Assembly (NCBI GenBank): GCA_030248215.1 | Contig: JASANG010003130.1 | Coordinates: 124,001 to 188,000, forward strand | Length of the DNA stretch: 64,000 bases | Direction: 5' to 3' | DNA from: Enoplolaimus lenunculus | Taxonomy: Eukaryota | Shown here: positions 1 through 13,928 of the stretch, one piece after another | How the letters are laid out: each line of letters begins with the position of its first letter | Position numbering within the stretch: the first letter of the stretch is position 1 | The notes under the pieces: generated by a model | The model's database searches: none | What the model saw: the letters and a program-made list of their open reading frames with translations, nothing else | What the model was told of the DNA's origin: nothing | Program-made: the position numbers and the translations under genes

Positions 1-1036
1 ATCACAGAGTTAAAAAAATAAGTTCATGAATTTCATTGGCTGAAAGTGATATCACCGATCGCAACAGGAGTGGAGACAAATTTGGTATTATGACGTCACT
101 AACGATCCGTGCTGAAATCTATATTTTCAAATGGGTTTATTGTGTAGCATGTATGTTCAATTTGTATTTGAACCAATTGATTGTGAGCTCCAAGTTTAAT
201 ATACGTTTATTGCCCTGAATTTATCCCGCTGTAAAGTCAAATTTCGCTGCGAAGGGTTCACCGTTGGCCGATTCAAAACCTATATCTAACTGGCAAAGAG
301 CGCTAGAGTTGAGAATAATACGGCAAGCTGATTGGCTGACAATAACATCATTCAAAAATTCAACGTGACAATGACATCATAAACACTAGTTTAAACTGTG
401 TTCCTTTAAAATGACATCATCTGCGCCATAGTTTACGAATGCCGCGAATGGTCATTTGCAACTTCTCGAATAATGGTTGCTAGACCGACTGATATGCGGA
501 CGGCAAAAAAGGTGCCGGAATACATTGAATACGGCATAAATAGCTTACTACCTTGAGCTTGCAACATGCAGTTTTATAGTTTGTGCTGCAAAATTGCCAG
601 AAAAAAACTAAAATCATTCCAGATTATTTAAATGTTGACAATTACTGTATTTCTTTGAAATATTTATATGTTGAAATTTTTAGATTGAAAGTATTCTTCA
701 ATTGCTGTATACGCGTTGTGTGCTAGTGATATACAGGACACCACATACTTGTGTAACACCTACACGAACGGACGGTCGTAACGTAATAATGTGGCATATT
801 TTTGCGGTCAGTGGTGTACCTTTTTAAGTTGTTATACAATATTTGAAAACTTAAGTCATTTCGTAAAAAAATCTCTAAGACACAGTTTTGTTGCGAAGCC
901 AGTGGAGTTAAAATAAATTTAGATAAAATTCAGTGATTTGAATGCAAAATTTTATTTGAAACATTTTAGTTATAAAATTTTTCAAAATCATTATTATTTT
1001 AACCAACTTCACCGTCAGGCCAGTAGCCAGCTCACC

Positions 1037-1201
1037 CAAGGGCGTCGCCACGGTGGGCCCTTGGGGGGCCATACCCATCCAAATTTGGCTGGTTCCCTCA
1101 AATTGATTTGGTGTAAAAGTAAACAATTTTGAGTTGCAATTGTAGGGATGCCACGAAATTGTTTGGCGTCCCACAAACATAATTTTCTGCGGACACCCCT
1201 G
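1037..1201. mobile_element. hAT-like MITE family C nested in a family A copy (1016-1260)
   Basis: CAAGGGCGTC...GACACCCCTG ends. TSD AGCTCACC/AGCTCACG duplicates family A sequence. Sister copy at 21128-21267. Confidence 0.75.
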
Positions 1202-3595
1202 AGCTCACGTTGCTAAACGGAGGGCTGAGGCCCCCGAGTCGCCCTCTGGCTACGGGCCCGTATACGATGACTTATAATTATTTCACTCTATAAGTTTACG
1301 CCCAAATTTGAATTCTATTTTTGGTTATCAATAGGGCCATATTTGTATTTACTGTAAAAATATGTCTTTGCCTTTTGGTATCGTGATTTGGTTAAAGCAT
1401 TGTATTTGTAGAACAAATTGTTCTTGTTGCAAAAAATGTAGTTTATTACATAACGAATACGCTGTATATTTACATATATTTCGGAGCCAGTGCATCTTTT
1501 CCACAACATTTTACCGCTGGCCCGTAGTCAGAGGAGATTCAAAAGGGCTAAGTCCCCTGAAGAATTTTGGTCCCTTTGGAAAATTTTTTAACTTTGCTGG
1601 TAAGGCATCAAAAGCAAGTGTATGCCGCTCCTGAAAATTTTTAGCCCCACCTAACATGGTGAGCTGGCTACGGACGTGCATCACCGATATGGTTAGGCAG
1701 AATAGTGATTGTTGCCGTAACTTGGTATACCGCTATACGGCGCAGTTGGTGTCGTGGCTACGACCATATATCCTACAGTACTGCAGCTGCAAATGTGCAA
1801 CTCTGCAGTCAAATAGTATTTTTTGATACGGTGGACTTAGTTAGATATCTCATGGAATAGCAGATTTAAGCCGTTTTCACATATGTAAGTTTTTACAGCG
1901 AGAACTTACAGCTTGAGACCATGCAAATGGAAGGTCTGATAAATGGGTTTTCTAAAACTTTTTAATGTGAATAACACTTTTAAGTGTTTTTTGTAAACGG
2001 TTGCAAGAATTGCGCAGCTGCAATATTGAATGACTTTTTGAGAACATCATTTAGTGTCTGCATCACATTTTAACATATCTGCCACAATTTAGCGCCTGGA
2101 CGTCGGATAGCTTGTCAGCCAATAAATACCTGCCTAAGGCCAATTTTAATTCTAAACGCATGGTTGTGACACCCATATTAACGATTTAGCAATTTTAGTA
2201 ATGCGTGCTCGTAGCCGCCAAGGGGGAGAGGGGGGCTTACCTCCCTGGAAAAATTTTGGCCCCTCTACAAAATTTTCAATCTTGCTTGTAAGTCATTGAA
2301 GGCAACGAATATTTCACGCTGTGACCAATGTAAAAAATTAGGCTAAAGCTTAAGCTTTACTCTATTGCTGTTCCACAGAAAAACGTTCCGCCACTGATCT
2401 TTATACTTAGGCCGCTGCTATGATTTTAATAAAAATACTAACAATGCTAAGCAATGCAAGCAATTATAGAGTACCCTGACTACACGTCCCCCCTTGGTTT
2501 GTAAGCAATTTTACATGGATAGGGTAGGTATCTTTACCCAAAGCCAACATTCTAGCGGTGTTCCTGTAAATCACAATTTTACGCCAATTGACGACTTGAG
2601 CAAGAAACTATACTTTCGGGCTGTATTGTGTTTATTTGATAATTTTTGGAACTGAAAATATTCGTGTTTGATGCTTAATATTTGATTGTTAGAATAAATT
2701 TTAATCAAAAGTTTCATGAACAAGGCGTGACGTTATCGACAGTTTCCTGCTTGTTCAGACGAAAGACGGCTTTTGCTCAGGGTGTAAACGGGTAGTAAAA
2801 ATAACAGAAACGGACAATGATCAAAAGAATGATAACGGATGTGATTAAAATAACGGCAAATATATAGAACAGGGATGTTACAGTAAACATATACCTAAGC
2901 GTAAGCGAAAAAAATAGTCAAAAGCTTAAAGTTACTCTGTTGCAGCCCCACAGAAAAATGTTCCAACCCCTGAAATGGGCCTAAATAATAGAAACCAAAA
3001 AAGGAATTTTGAAGTATAGTTTAAAAGATGTTTCAATTTTGTGCCAGTGAAATTAAGTTATAGGTATATGTTGATATTAATGCCAGGTAATATAAAACAT
3101 TGTGTTTAAAATACAGCATATACGCATAAAATTTTAAACATTTTGAAAGAATTTTGTCATTTTTGGTCAAAATCGAATAATTGCAGTGTTTTGCATCGAA
3201 AAACTGTTTGATTTGCCAGGGTTAGCACCCTTCTACATACATGGATGAGGCCTCGCTTTCTTACGGTGCCTTACACCGATTTGTTTAACGAAGCTTTGAA
3301 CGCATTTGTAATACCAAGGCCAATCTTATTCCAAAGCCGTCAGACGCTCAAAAAGATCACGCATTCAAGTAAAATAAACATTGGATTTTTTTAAGACAGG
3401 GCCTCTGCAAAGTACGTGAGGGCGTTGCCAAACTTCACCAGTGCCTCGTGGACCGACAAATGCGTCTATCTAAAACGAAGAAACGAGTTAGATATGATAT
3501 GAGCATTTCAAGCGAGACCTAACCTAGGCCCTGGAATTTTGCGCGATTGGCAACTGTGATTGCTATTAGAAATGACGCTATTTTTGGTCTTTCTA

Positions 3596-3842
3596 CACAC
3601 AAAAAAGTATTTCTGAATGTATTCAGAAAAGTGATTTCTGTAGCAAATCTGAAAAGTTTTGCTGATATTTAAGACAATTTTTCTAAAAATAACTGGAAAC
3701 CGTTTATTTTCAGACTTTATTTCAAAACGTTTTTTGAAAACATTTCTCTTATAACCGAAATACATTTCAAGTGCACCTTGCTAATGATATTTCTCAAATG
3801 TAAGAAATTTTTTCTTAATTATCAGAAATATTATTTTGAGTG
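3596..3842. mobile_element. TA-flanked AT-rich MITE
   Basis: Imperfect 21-bp TIR (CACACAAAAAAGTATTTCTGA versus CACTCAAAATAATATTTCTGA), with TA on both sides. Confidence 0.55.
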
Positions 3843-6800
3843 TATAACTTAAAAGCGGAAACGGGTCCGGATATTTGCTGTATTGACCCGAATAAAGAAC
3901 GGGGAAGGAATTTATTTTCCTTTCCAGACGGTACTGTCGTGGTATTTGATTACGGAATGTTATTCAGTTTTAATTCACCGCGTTAGTTGGTCCCACCGCC
4001 CTTATTTTATATCCTTTTGTCACAACTCACCTGCTCCGATGCATTTTTGTTGATCTTTAAGACTCATAATGGGGACCCCTCTTTTACTCGCATGTTATTC
4101 CGGTTACTGTAGGACCGGAAACAAAAACGGATATCCAGTTACACCCTGTTTTACCAGGTAACTGGCCCATATCACTTTGAGGGGTGTGCCATAAAACCGC
4201 GTCTGTGCTAGTGTACCGTTGGAGTCAATAAAAATCGTTTATGCCGGAGTCACACTGACTTAGCGGGAGTTACTTTACTCTTTTATGCAAACTATATTCA
4301 ACTTTGAACGAAATTTATTAATGATGTGTCGAATTTTTTGTCAGAGTTTAAAATAATCTAGTATTCGGCCGTGGCCGGAGCCATCGGCCCTATAATCAAT
4401 TGAAATCTAATCCTAGATTGCATTCAAATACCAGAACGTAGCTTACAGTTTTTCCTTCCGTGGCTTATAAGGTACCCAAAGTGTTTACGTGACAAAGTTT
4501 ACCATCTCACACCGATGCATTTTTAACACTTTAACAACGACCCTATTGTACTATTCTATGTTTTTGTAGCGTTGCGTTCACTTGCAATATTTCTGGCCCG
4601 TGTTCCTTTTAGTGGCATCCAGTTTTCCGTAGGTTACTATAAAACTGAGGTGGCTAAGATTACGGATGAAAGTCTCGGTCTCAGACCCGGCAAGACTCGG
4701 TAATTGGCAGGTCTCCGTTTCTTGAGTCTCGTGGTTTGAAACCGACACCGGAAGTCGAGGATTCGGCAAACGCTGGTAAACTTGCAAAAAGCTGAAGTTC
4801 ATATTGTTGAAGCAAGTAGGTAATGCCTGGGGAATAAACTTTTGCTATCGATCTATGAATTTTTATATGTACACCAATAATGATTTAGCAGATATTTTAA
4901 AACCCACAAACAGCTATGAAAAAACACATAAAACTACGAAAAACGCATTAGAAATAATTTGTTTCGAGAATATTTTTTCGACCATGACCAAAAGTTGACC
5001 GAAATCGAAACATTTCATGGCTGGTCTCCGCCCATCGCTGGCTCGGATTAAAGCTATAATTTTTGCTTAAACTTAGACTTTGTTAGACCCATGTGTACGC
5101 TGAAGTTTAGGCTTAGCCTTTGGAATATAGACATATGCAGATATATATTCAGTTTATGCCTTTAGAATAACACTCGTCATCTATATCTGGTTTCTCAGCG
5201 TTTTATTGTGACCCAATAAAGAGTGCGAACGTCCACGGTCACACGCAAACATTTACATTAAATATGTGACAGAAAAACTGTGTAAAAGTGAGTCACCCGA
5301 AATACGTAGAAAGTGGCTACGATTTAATTTCAACAAATTTAGATTAGGATATCTTACAATTAAATTTTATACCAAAGCGAGTTCAAAAAAATTCTATTTT
5401 ATGCAAATTGCTGCGCGGTGTCTTCCGGCCTGGCTGGCATTTCGAATGCCTGACCATGCCCGCCCAAACAGTGAAGAGGATGACCAATGGCTCCTAGCGC
5501 CGATGGAAGACTCCATAAGACTAGAACTAGATTGAAGTTATATCAAAATTTTATGTTTGACCGTGAATATAACAAAATAAAAGCAGTTTATCTATTTTTA
5601 CATACAGCTCAGAGTATTAATTAAACTAATTTTTTGATTCAATTTTTAGATATTTCAGAACTCGAATCAATTATATTTCGAAAAATCATTTACATTTGAC
5701 CTAACTGTGAACATGACTACTCTATTTATAAATAAAGGTTACTAGTCGTCCAACTTTGCGCCATGTGCAAAAGTGTTATCGCATGTAAAAAATCTGGATG
5801 CGTATTTTCTAATTCTTATAGAACATTCACGTTTATGTACTATTAAACTATTTTAAATAAAGTATGTTCGAAACCTGCCCAAATTACGTATGTAGGGTAC
5901 ACCAGCTTTAATCAGAAAGATATAGTGTTTTTGCGCGACACTGGTTGAAATATTAATTTTTGTGTAATTATTTACCTGGTACGTTTTATTGCGTTAAAGA
6001 TGTAACCCGAGTAAGTTTTCCGGTCAGAACTGCGCGTATCTTGCGCTTAAATTATTTATTTGTGTATTATTACCATCTTGCGTGGTCGTGTCAAAATTCG
6101 ACTCCGCCAGAGTCAAATTCACTTTTTGCAGTGTAGAACACTCAAATTCTTAAGCAACAGATCCTCAGTACAGCAAGACAGCAAAGACGACAATTGCATG
6201 AACGCCAAACTGTATAAGTGCTCGTTACCAATCAAGTCGAAGATTGTATTCTAAACTTTGTTTGAAATTAGATCTGTCAGGCGAAATAGAAAATATTTCT
6301 TCATTTACGAGAAAAAAGGTAAATGATACTAATCCATCAAAAAATTTTCATTTGGACAAACTAAAATTTAAAAATAACAGGTATTTAAAATTCGCGCACA
6401 AACAAATGCATGAGAGATTTCTCAAATTTAAATCTAAGTACACCGCGGTGACCATTTTGAAGGCAACTTTTTTTTTACAATATTTCCAAGTGCATAAGTG
6501 CACTTTAATACTACATTATTGTACGCAGTAAAACGAAAATGTTCTGTATTCAATGACGAATCTCGAAGTTTCTGACTGAGGGTGTGTGTGATATATTATA
6601 TAATAGTGTAAAAAGGTCTCGAGCGAAATGAGCACGAAGCCAAACACAATTTTGGTGCTAAATTTTTATTAAAAAAATTTCGAGTTCGATCTCTGTCGGG
6701 AGGGCGTGGTTCGGTGGGCCCCCTTGTGTCTGTCAGAGTGCTGCGTGTACTTCTTTCTTTATCAGGAAAGTATTTTTAGTTCAAGGGTACATAGCGAGTA

Positions 6801-7571
6801 TAGCGTTCTATGTTGTTCTGTGTAGTAAAAATGTGACTGTCGTCTTTTAAAGAGAATCTATTGTTTTCTAAGAACAATTTTAGTGTTTTTTCAATCGGTA
6901 GAAGCAGCTTAACGTTTTTTAGTTCGACACTTCGAGCTTTTTATGAGGACTCTTGACAGTTTTTGCGTACCGGTTTGTCAGTGCATCCTGTAGTGCCCGG
7001 AATAAGATGAGCATATCGTACGATGGGGTCCCCATTTTGAGTCCTAATCAATAAGAGGCCGTATGCCTAGTAATAGTCAGTTAATAATGGATCGATTTCA
7101 CAAGTAATAAATTATAGGCCTGTGTTGGGAATAACGTTCCGTAACCGAAAAAACAAGGCATACGCTTTGGAGAGGCAACACATATCTGCCCCATCTTTTT
7201 CAGATCACTACAGTAGTGAATGTGAAAACTGAATTCTAGTCGAAGAGCGAGAACCAGACTGCATTACGTACTCCTTTTATAGCCACGCCACGAGAGCTTA
7301 CTCGCAGCCAAACAGTTGTTTTGAGTTTGTGCGGCTATCACGACAATTGTCGACATGTAAACTTTGTAATCCGGAATGTTTTGAACTCGACAATTTGGCG
7401 TACATCGTAACACTTAGGCTTTGGAATAATTCAAAAATATTGCTGGTACATGTGGTCAGCGAGAATAAGTTTTGGCTTCTAGAGGTAGAAGAGTTCGGCT
7501 CAGATTTGTATGGCTCTATGCATATATATATATATCTTGTATATGCGTTTGTTTTGTATCATAAACACTAT

Positions 7572-7716
7572 GGCCCATGTTACTTTCAGGGCCGTCCCGG
7601 TTTCTCGTGGGTCTCTTAAAGAGTAGGCTTACATTCTAGACTACATTTTTTGCTTAGGCTTAGGCTTAGGAATACGCTTTTAATCTACTGTTAAGGCCCT
7701 AAAAGTAACATTGGAC
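7572..7716. mobile_element. Merlin-like MITE family E copy
   Basis: Same TIRs. TSD AACACTAT/AACGCTAT. Internal (GCTTAG)3. Confidence 0.78.
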
Positions 7717-9988
7717 AACGCTATTGAGGTTATTTTCGACAACGCTTCTGGCGTTCAGTACTTTACCATTTTCCTTATTCCCCCTTTATCTACCTGTAAA
7801 CCAGGGTAATATTCTGTAAATTTCAATCAGTTTATTAAATCAGCACTAATAACGAGAAATCTATTTCTGAGTTTAATAACAGTAAACGCTTAACTCATTC
7901 GTTGTGTATTGTTTCTAATTTTAGAGTCGAGTTCGTTCCCAATGAGTTGATTTATAAACTCAGAAGGAATTGAAACAACTCAGTATTTGATGTTATATAA
8001 TCCTACCTGACTGTAACTGAGCGATTCAACTCATTCTGAATGCAAATCAACTTCCTGAAATTTAAAGGAATAAGTTATCAGAATTTAGCCATTACCTCAA
8101 CGGTTCATGAAAAATCATGATAAGCAGTTTTAGTGTCTTTTCCGTTATCATTCTGCATCCCAAGATTGGCAAAAAATAGTTGGATTGAAAATTTTTTTGC
8201 ACATTGAGCTTCCCATGACCTTTCGTCGTTGTCCAATCATCTAACTTTGCATTTTCGAACAATTAGGTTTTTGAGGTTTTAAAGCCCCGTTTGGACGCGA
8301 AAAAGTATTTTTAACCGCGTTGTACCAAAAAAGGTTCAGCCAACAACAGTGACAGAGAACCGAAGTTTTTATTACGTTCAGTACAAAAATTGCGTTCAGC
8401 TTCTTTGCTGGCTAGGTTTTCTCATTATTATATATTGGGATCCACTTCAGAAATTTCTGGATTCGTCACTGTTGTGAAAGAATCTTGAAACGAAAAATAT
8501 GTGGTGAATTGTGCAACATGTTCCACATTCTGTTTACGTTCACTACATCACAGCGCCTTGATTGGCGATCGCAATCAGTGGCGGATTCAGAAATTTCTAA
8601 TGGAAAGGTTCTACGCTATAGGTTAATTATAAGATAGCGAGCGAAGTGATGCTGAAGCCAACCACAAATTTAGTACGAAATCTGACTAAAAAATTTTGGT
8701 TTGGATCTCGTGTTATGAGGTTGGCCAAGACGGGGGGTGGGTCCCCCTTGCATCCATCAGTTTTCACAATGGCGGTTTGCACAGTTCATCGATAAATAGA
8801 CAGACACGCAGTTATTTTTTTTACACGTACACAGTTCTAGGTGCTTTTTATGTACTTTATTTCAAATACAATTCTATAGAGTATTTATTTAAAAAATTGT
8901 CATTTAAATTTTAAACTGTATGAATCAATCCTTTTACCTTCTGATGTTCTATATTTTAAATTGTTTTTCTATTTGTACCCTAATGAACTCGGTCCTGTAA
9001 CCAAGGGGTGCCAAGAGAGTGTTTCAGTCCCCCCTGACAAAAGTTTTCGAGCCCTTTACGAAATTTTCAACCTTGCTTGTAAGTCATCGAAAACCCGTTC
9101 TATGCCACCGCTGAAAAATTATTAGCTCCCATCCTCTAGCAAGGTGAGCTGGCGACGGGCCAATGTGGACTGATTCATTTCGGTGTTCCGATGGAAACAT
9201 TACCCATTGGCGGATCCGGAACTTATTTTAACAGGCGGCGCGCGCATTGGCGTATACAAGGCAAAGGACGCTGGAATATATTCACTCTTGAAATTTTTAA
9301 AGACAAGAAAAAAGTATTTTTAACATGGGTTTCGAATAATTTTCGATAATTCTTCGAAATCCGTGCTCAAAAAAGTATGTGCGAACGAATAGGACTAGGA
9401 GCCGACCCAAGCTTAAAAGTACTAAATCTTTATACAATAGTTTGGTTTTCACCTTTATTGTGGGATAAGACCAGGTTTGCCATCGTTGGATCCGCTAACG
9501 ATTTTGGCCAACTACACTTACAGCTGTATTTTCGTTGTACGATTTCTAATGGCACAACTACTGGTAGTCTTGTGTAACTATTGGACGAACGCACGGCCCC
9601 CTGTTCCAATCTATGGTTATGCCATTGATTACAACTGTCTAGAATTTCAAAATTGACAAAATTATTATGTATTTTCAACCAGAACACCATCCGCCTCTGC
9701 TTTCAGTTTGCCGTGTCCACAGTTCATTGGTAAAACAGAACGTTTTTTGTGCGGTTCAGCTGTATTTCAAATGATATATTAGCCACAATTATTGTCATTT
9801 CAATTTTAAATTCTATGAATGATTGTAAAGTGTACAGTATTTTTAAACACAATCCCTTGAATGTGCATTATTAAGGTGGCGCTATACTTCTGATGCCGTC
9901 CGGAGCGATCCGTCACCATCCGGCTTTGTCCTCAATCGTGCATCACGTTGCGGTATGCTACGCGAATTACTCTAATATGATACCGTAT

Positions 9989-10378
9989 GGTGACGGATGG
10001 CGCCCGCCGGACGGTGACGGATGCCGCCCGCCGGACGGTGACGGATGACTCCCGCCGGACGGTGACGGATGCCGCCCGCCGCACGGTGACGGATGACTCC
10101 CGCCGGACGGTGACGGATGCCGCCCGCCGGACGGTGACGGATGTCGCCCGCCGGACGGTGACGGATGCCGCCCGCCGGACGGTGACGGATGCCGCCCGCC
10201 GGACGGTGACGGATGCCGCCCGCCGGACGGTGACGGATGACTCCCGCCGGACGGTGACGGATGCCGCCCGCCGGACGGTGACGGATGGCGTCGGACGGAC
10301 GGTGACGGATGCCGCCCGCTGGACGGTGACGGATGCCGCCCGCCGGACCGTGACGGATGGCGTCGGACGGTGACGGAC
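9989..10378. repeat. 24-bp GC-rich minisatellite (GGTGACGGATGCCGCCCGCCGGAC), about 16 copies
   Basis: Direct tandem periodicity. Lies in a relative of the 28700 MITE whose left end is at about 9875. Confidence 0.95.
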
Positions 10379-11368
10379 GACACCCGAAGAGTCATCTCAT
10401 CTTTGGTAATCCTGAACCTAAACCTATGCCAAAGCCCAAAGGTTTATTTGGAATTTCGAGGGGGTGTACAATAGCTGAGAGAGACATGCAGTCGCTTTTA
10501 CACACAAACAGTTTCAATTACCTTGATGTCATTTTTTGCGGCAAAAGGAATCAATTGTTCTTCAGTTTTACAAAATGCGTAATATTTTAGTCCATGTAAT
10601 AAAAACTTAGGGGCGAAACGTTTTTCTGCGGCACTGCAATAGAGTAGCTTTAGCTCTAGACTAATTTTTTGCTTAGGATTAGACTTATAAGTACGCTTTA
10701 TACTACTGCTACTGCCCTATTCTATACACGGGTCAATATTTTTAAAGCCATTGATGGAGTTAAAATAGTAACTGCTTTTTTCAATGAGTGTTTACCTATT
10801 GACTCGACGGTCCATGTAAAGATCAGGGGTGGAACTTTTTTCTGTTTGACTTGAAAAGAGTCCCCTGTTCTTTACATTGGCCGACTCGACTTGTAAGTGG
10901 ATTTTGTGTAACAATTTTCCTAAATTGGATATCGTTTTCATGTTAATATTGCAGACTAGTGGCGTTTGCGAAAGTTTTACAATAAAATTGTTTTATCTTT
11001 TTTACTAAATTACGCTTCTCTTTATAAATCAGGTTTAACTATTAACATCACCAATTCAATGAGTTACAAGCAAGGTTGAAAACGTTCTCAGCGGGCCAAA
11101 ATTCTTTTAGAGAGCGCTGAGCCTCTCTGGACCCTTCCTTGGCTAGGGACCTGCAACTACTCGAATATTCAGGGTTCAAAAATATGAAAAATACTAAAAT
11201 GGGTACTCCGACGACAAAGTTTACAGTTTAATCAGGCTTAGGCTTAAGATCAGGCTAAGACTTTGCGAAAAGGTAAACGCTTACGCAAATGTCTAGGCGT
11301 AGGATCAGGTTTAGGTACAAAAAATCTTCTCCTTCTGTCAACTATTCTTTTAGCGTTCCAGTTATCTT

Positions 11369-13224
11369 TATAAGGTAGGTTACCCTGGATCGAAAGTCCT
11401 TGCCACCCATCCTTGGCGGGTACCCCTTATGGATTGATCGATGTTGGCTACTGTGTCTAGTTATGCTACTCCGCCCGATCATGTCCGGGATGGGTTTCCC
11501 ATCTTGGGCTCGCAGTGTCTACACCATCTGAACGCAAATATCTATCGTCACCGGATTATTGAATAAAATATAGCGCACAATTCCATTTGGTAAAAGTTAC
11601 TCGCCGGCTGCAAGCCGGCGAACGCTCCCAAAACGCAACTTATCCCGAAAAAGATTTGGGGCTAGGAGACTCTTATCCTCGCGCATTCCTGCCCCCAGGT
11701 AAGATTTCTGACCACCGCGGCAAAATTGCATTGACCATCCAGTGGGCAGGCAAAATTCGGAGTGCGGGGAAAAATAAATTCTTGGTAAAAAGGATTTGGT
11801 CAAAAAGGAAAAAGAAAAATGGGGACCCGCACCGCCTATTCTTGAAGCTGTAGAAATTTTTACTATACTCAACAATCATTCAATACTCAGCGCTCAAAAA
11901 TCACCCGGAAAAAGAAAAATGAAAAAGGAAAAAGAAAAATACCCATCCCCAGTCCGGACACGATAACAAATTCCGACCCAGACCTGCCCGGTAGCTACCC
12001 GCGCGAGCCTGAGTCCGAAATAACGAAAACATTCCCGTCCTGCGGGAATCCAACAAAAACAGTGGCGCGCCAATTCGGTAAAACAGCAGTCTCAAAATCA
12101 ATACTGAAACAGAATTTTTAAACACACTCCAAAATCGTTGGGCCATTATCCTTTACAGAATTGAACACCTATAGTTTATTATAAAGCCAGAATTTGATGA
12201 CACTTTATGAATTATCCGTCACATATTTATATCATACGTGGAAAACTGAATGCAATTGGGTTAAAACCTCGGTTGAGTCAGACTCGCACAACCGGAGTCT
12301 AACCCGCTTCGGCCTCGCCCAACCGGAGTCTAACCCGCCTCGGCCTCGCAATTGAAAAATTTTCACAGATAACGATAACGTTATTTCAATTCACAGATAG
12401 AAAAATTTTGAGCAACCCGCACCTGGGGAGCCCGTAACTTGCTCGTACCGGCCCATCCGGTGCGACCACTATCTCTAGAAAGGTAGTCTAGTACAGTTCC
12501 CATTATAGTAACAATGCCTAAACAAAACTCATCAACACGAAAACCATTTTTAAACACGATGACTCATACTCCAGTCAAAAGTAAAAACAAAACCGCAGGC
12601 CAGTTCTTTTGCGTTATTCAACGCCCACCAGTTATGAAACTGATCAAAAATCCCAATACCATACAATACGTGTCGAATCACATAACAAAAATATAAACAT
12701 ACACCTTAAAGTAGCTATCAACCATATGCAAATTCTTTTCAGCCAATGTTTTTCTGAACATTAGTTCTACAATTACGTGGGAAGTGGCACAAAGAAATTC
12801 AATCTTTCCAGACACCACTGATACTCGCTGTAGCTGAGAATAAGCACAGCGGAGGCAACGGATAAAAAACCAAGGAATTCTGGCATGTTTCAAATGACCC
12901 AGTAAACAATAGTGGAGTTGTGCAGAAACTGTACTTGGCCTAGACATGTACACAAGGCTCAATTCTACTCCGCTTAAACTTTCAGCAGCCTGCACCCTCC
13001 GTCCAAACTCTTAGTTCTCACTTTCAAAACCACCAAAACTCTTGCCTGCCGAATACTACACCCAGGGGTCACACACTTCGATCCCCCAGGTGAGCAACAG
13101 CTAACGGCTTTACAAACTAATAAGCTGGTGGCTTCGGGCCCAAACGCTAAAATTCAGCGTCCCTCGGGCTTTTTCAAAAATACTTCCAACTTAGCGGATT
13201 CACGGATCCAGTGGTATCCCTACA
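11369..13224 (-). repeat. 3' LTR (TGTAGGG...CCTTATA)
   Basis: Direct repeat of 16617-18473, immediately preceded by the polypurine tract. Confidence 0.93.
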
Positions 13225-13237
13225 TCCCCCCTTCTTC
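13225..13237 (-). other. Polypurine tract GAAGAAGGGGGGA
   Basis: All-purine run abutting the TG start of the 3' LTR. Confidence 0.9.
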
Positions 13238-13928
13238 AGGCTTGATGTCCCCATCAAGGGGTTGCTTGGCAACTTAAAAAAATGCCCAGAAGGTACCGTG
13301 GGATACACCGGATACGTGACATCCGCAGAGAGCACAAGTAGGGTTCCATCCGAGGTGAGCCTTTCCTCGGCAACACCTACAAATTAAATTTTTACTGTTC
13401 ACAGGCCAAGCACACTCACCACCAACTCCACTACATACAGATGCAAAATTTTACAATTATACAATATTTTGTAACCATAAGTGCCCAAAATTGTTAAAAA
13501 TTTTCTTATCGTGCTAAAACCATTAGTTTGACAATTAATTCTAAATTAAAACGAGACATAAACGTTAATCACGCATACAAGTTACTCACAATATGTATCC
13601 AATCAAATAACTAAATAGTCAAATCCGGTATTTTCCAGACACTGAAGACCACTTCTTCGAAAATCGATCGCATCGCAACAAGGCACCTTTTCTTGACTAT
13701 AACCCTAGCAATCGAGTCGTTAACCATTAACCAAGTTAAACCATAAGGCACTCTTCGATAAGTTTGTAAAGTCGCAAATAAACAGTAAATAAGTGAAAGT
13801 CGTTATAATGGCAGTTATTCGGAAGATCGATATAAAAACCAGCATTGTTACAGACCAGTACCAAATTCGGAATGTCACTGCTAAAAATTTGTTGACCAGA
13901 ACGAAAACGTCACATCAGGTAAAGTAAA

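Noticed and set aside
9967..10395. ORFs with HPSPSGGR / RRTVTDAA repeats
   Set aside because: Artefacts of a stop-free 24-bp minisatellite. Open on both strands, with no splice context.
11587..12995. Short ORFs duplicated at 16835-18244
   Set aside because: They are duplicated only because they lie in the LTRs, and they have no recognisable domains.
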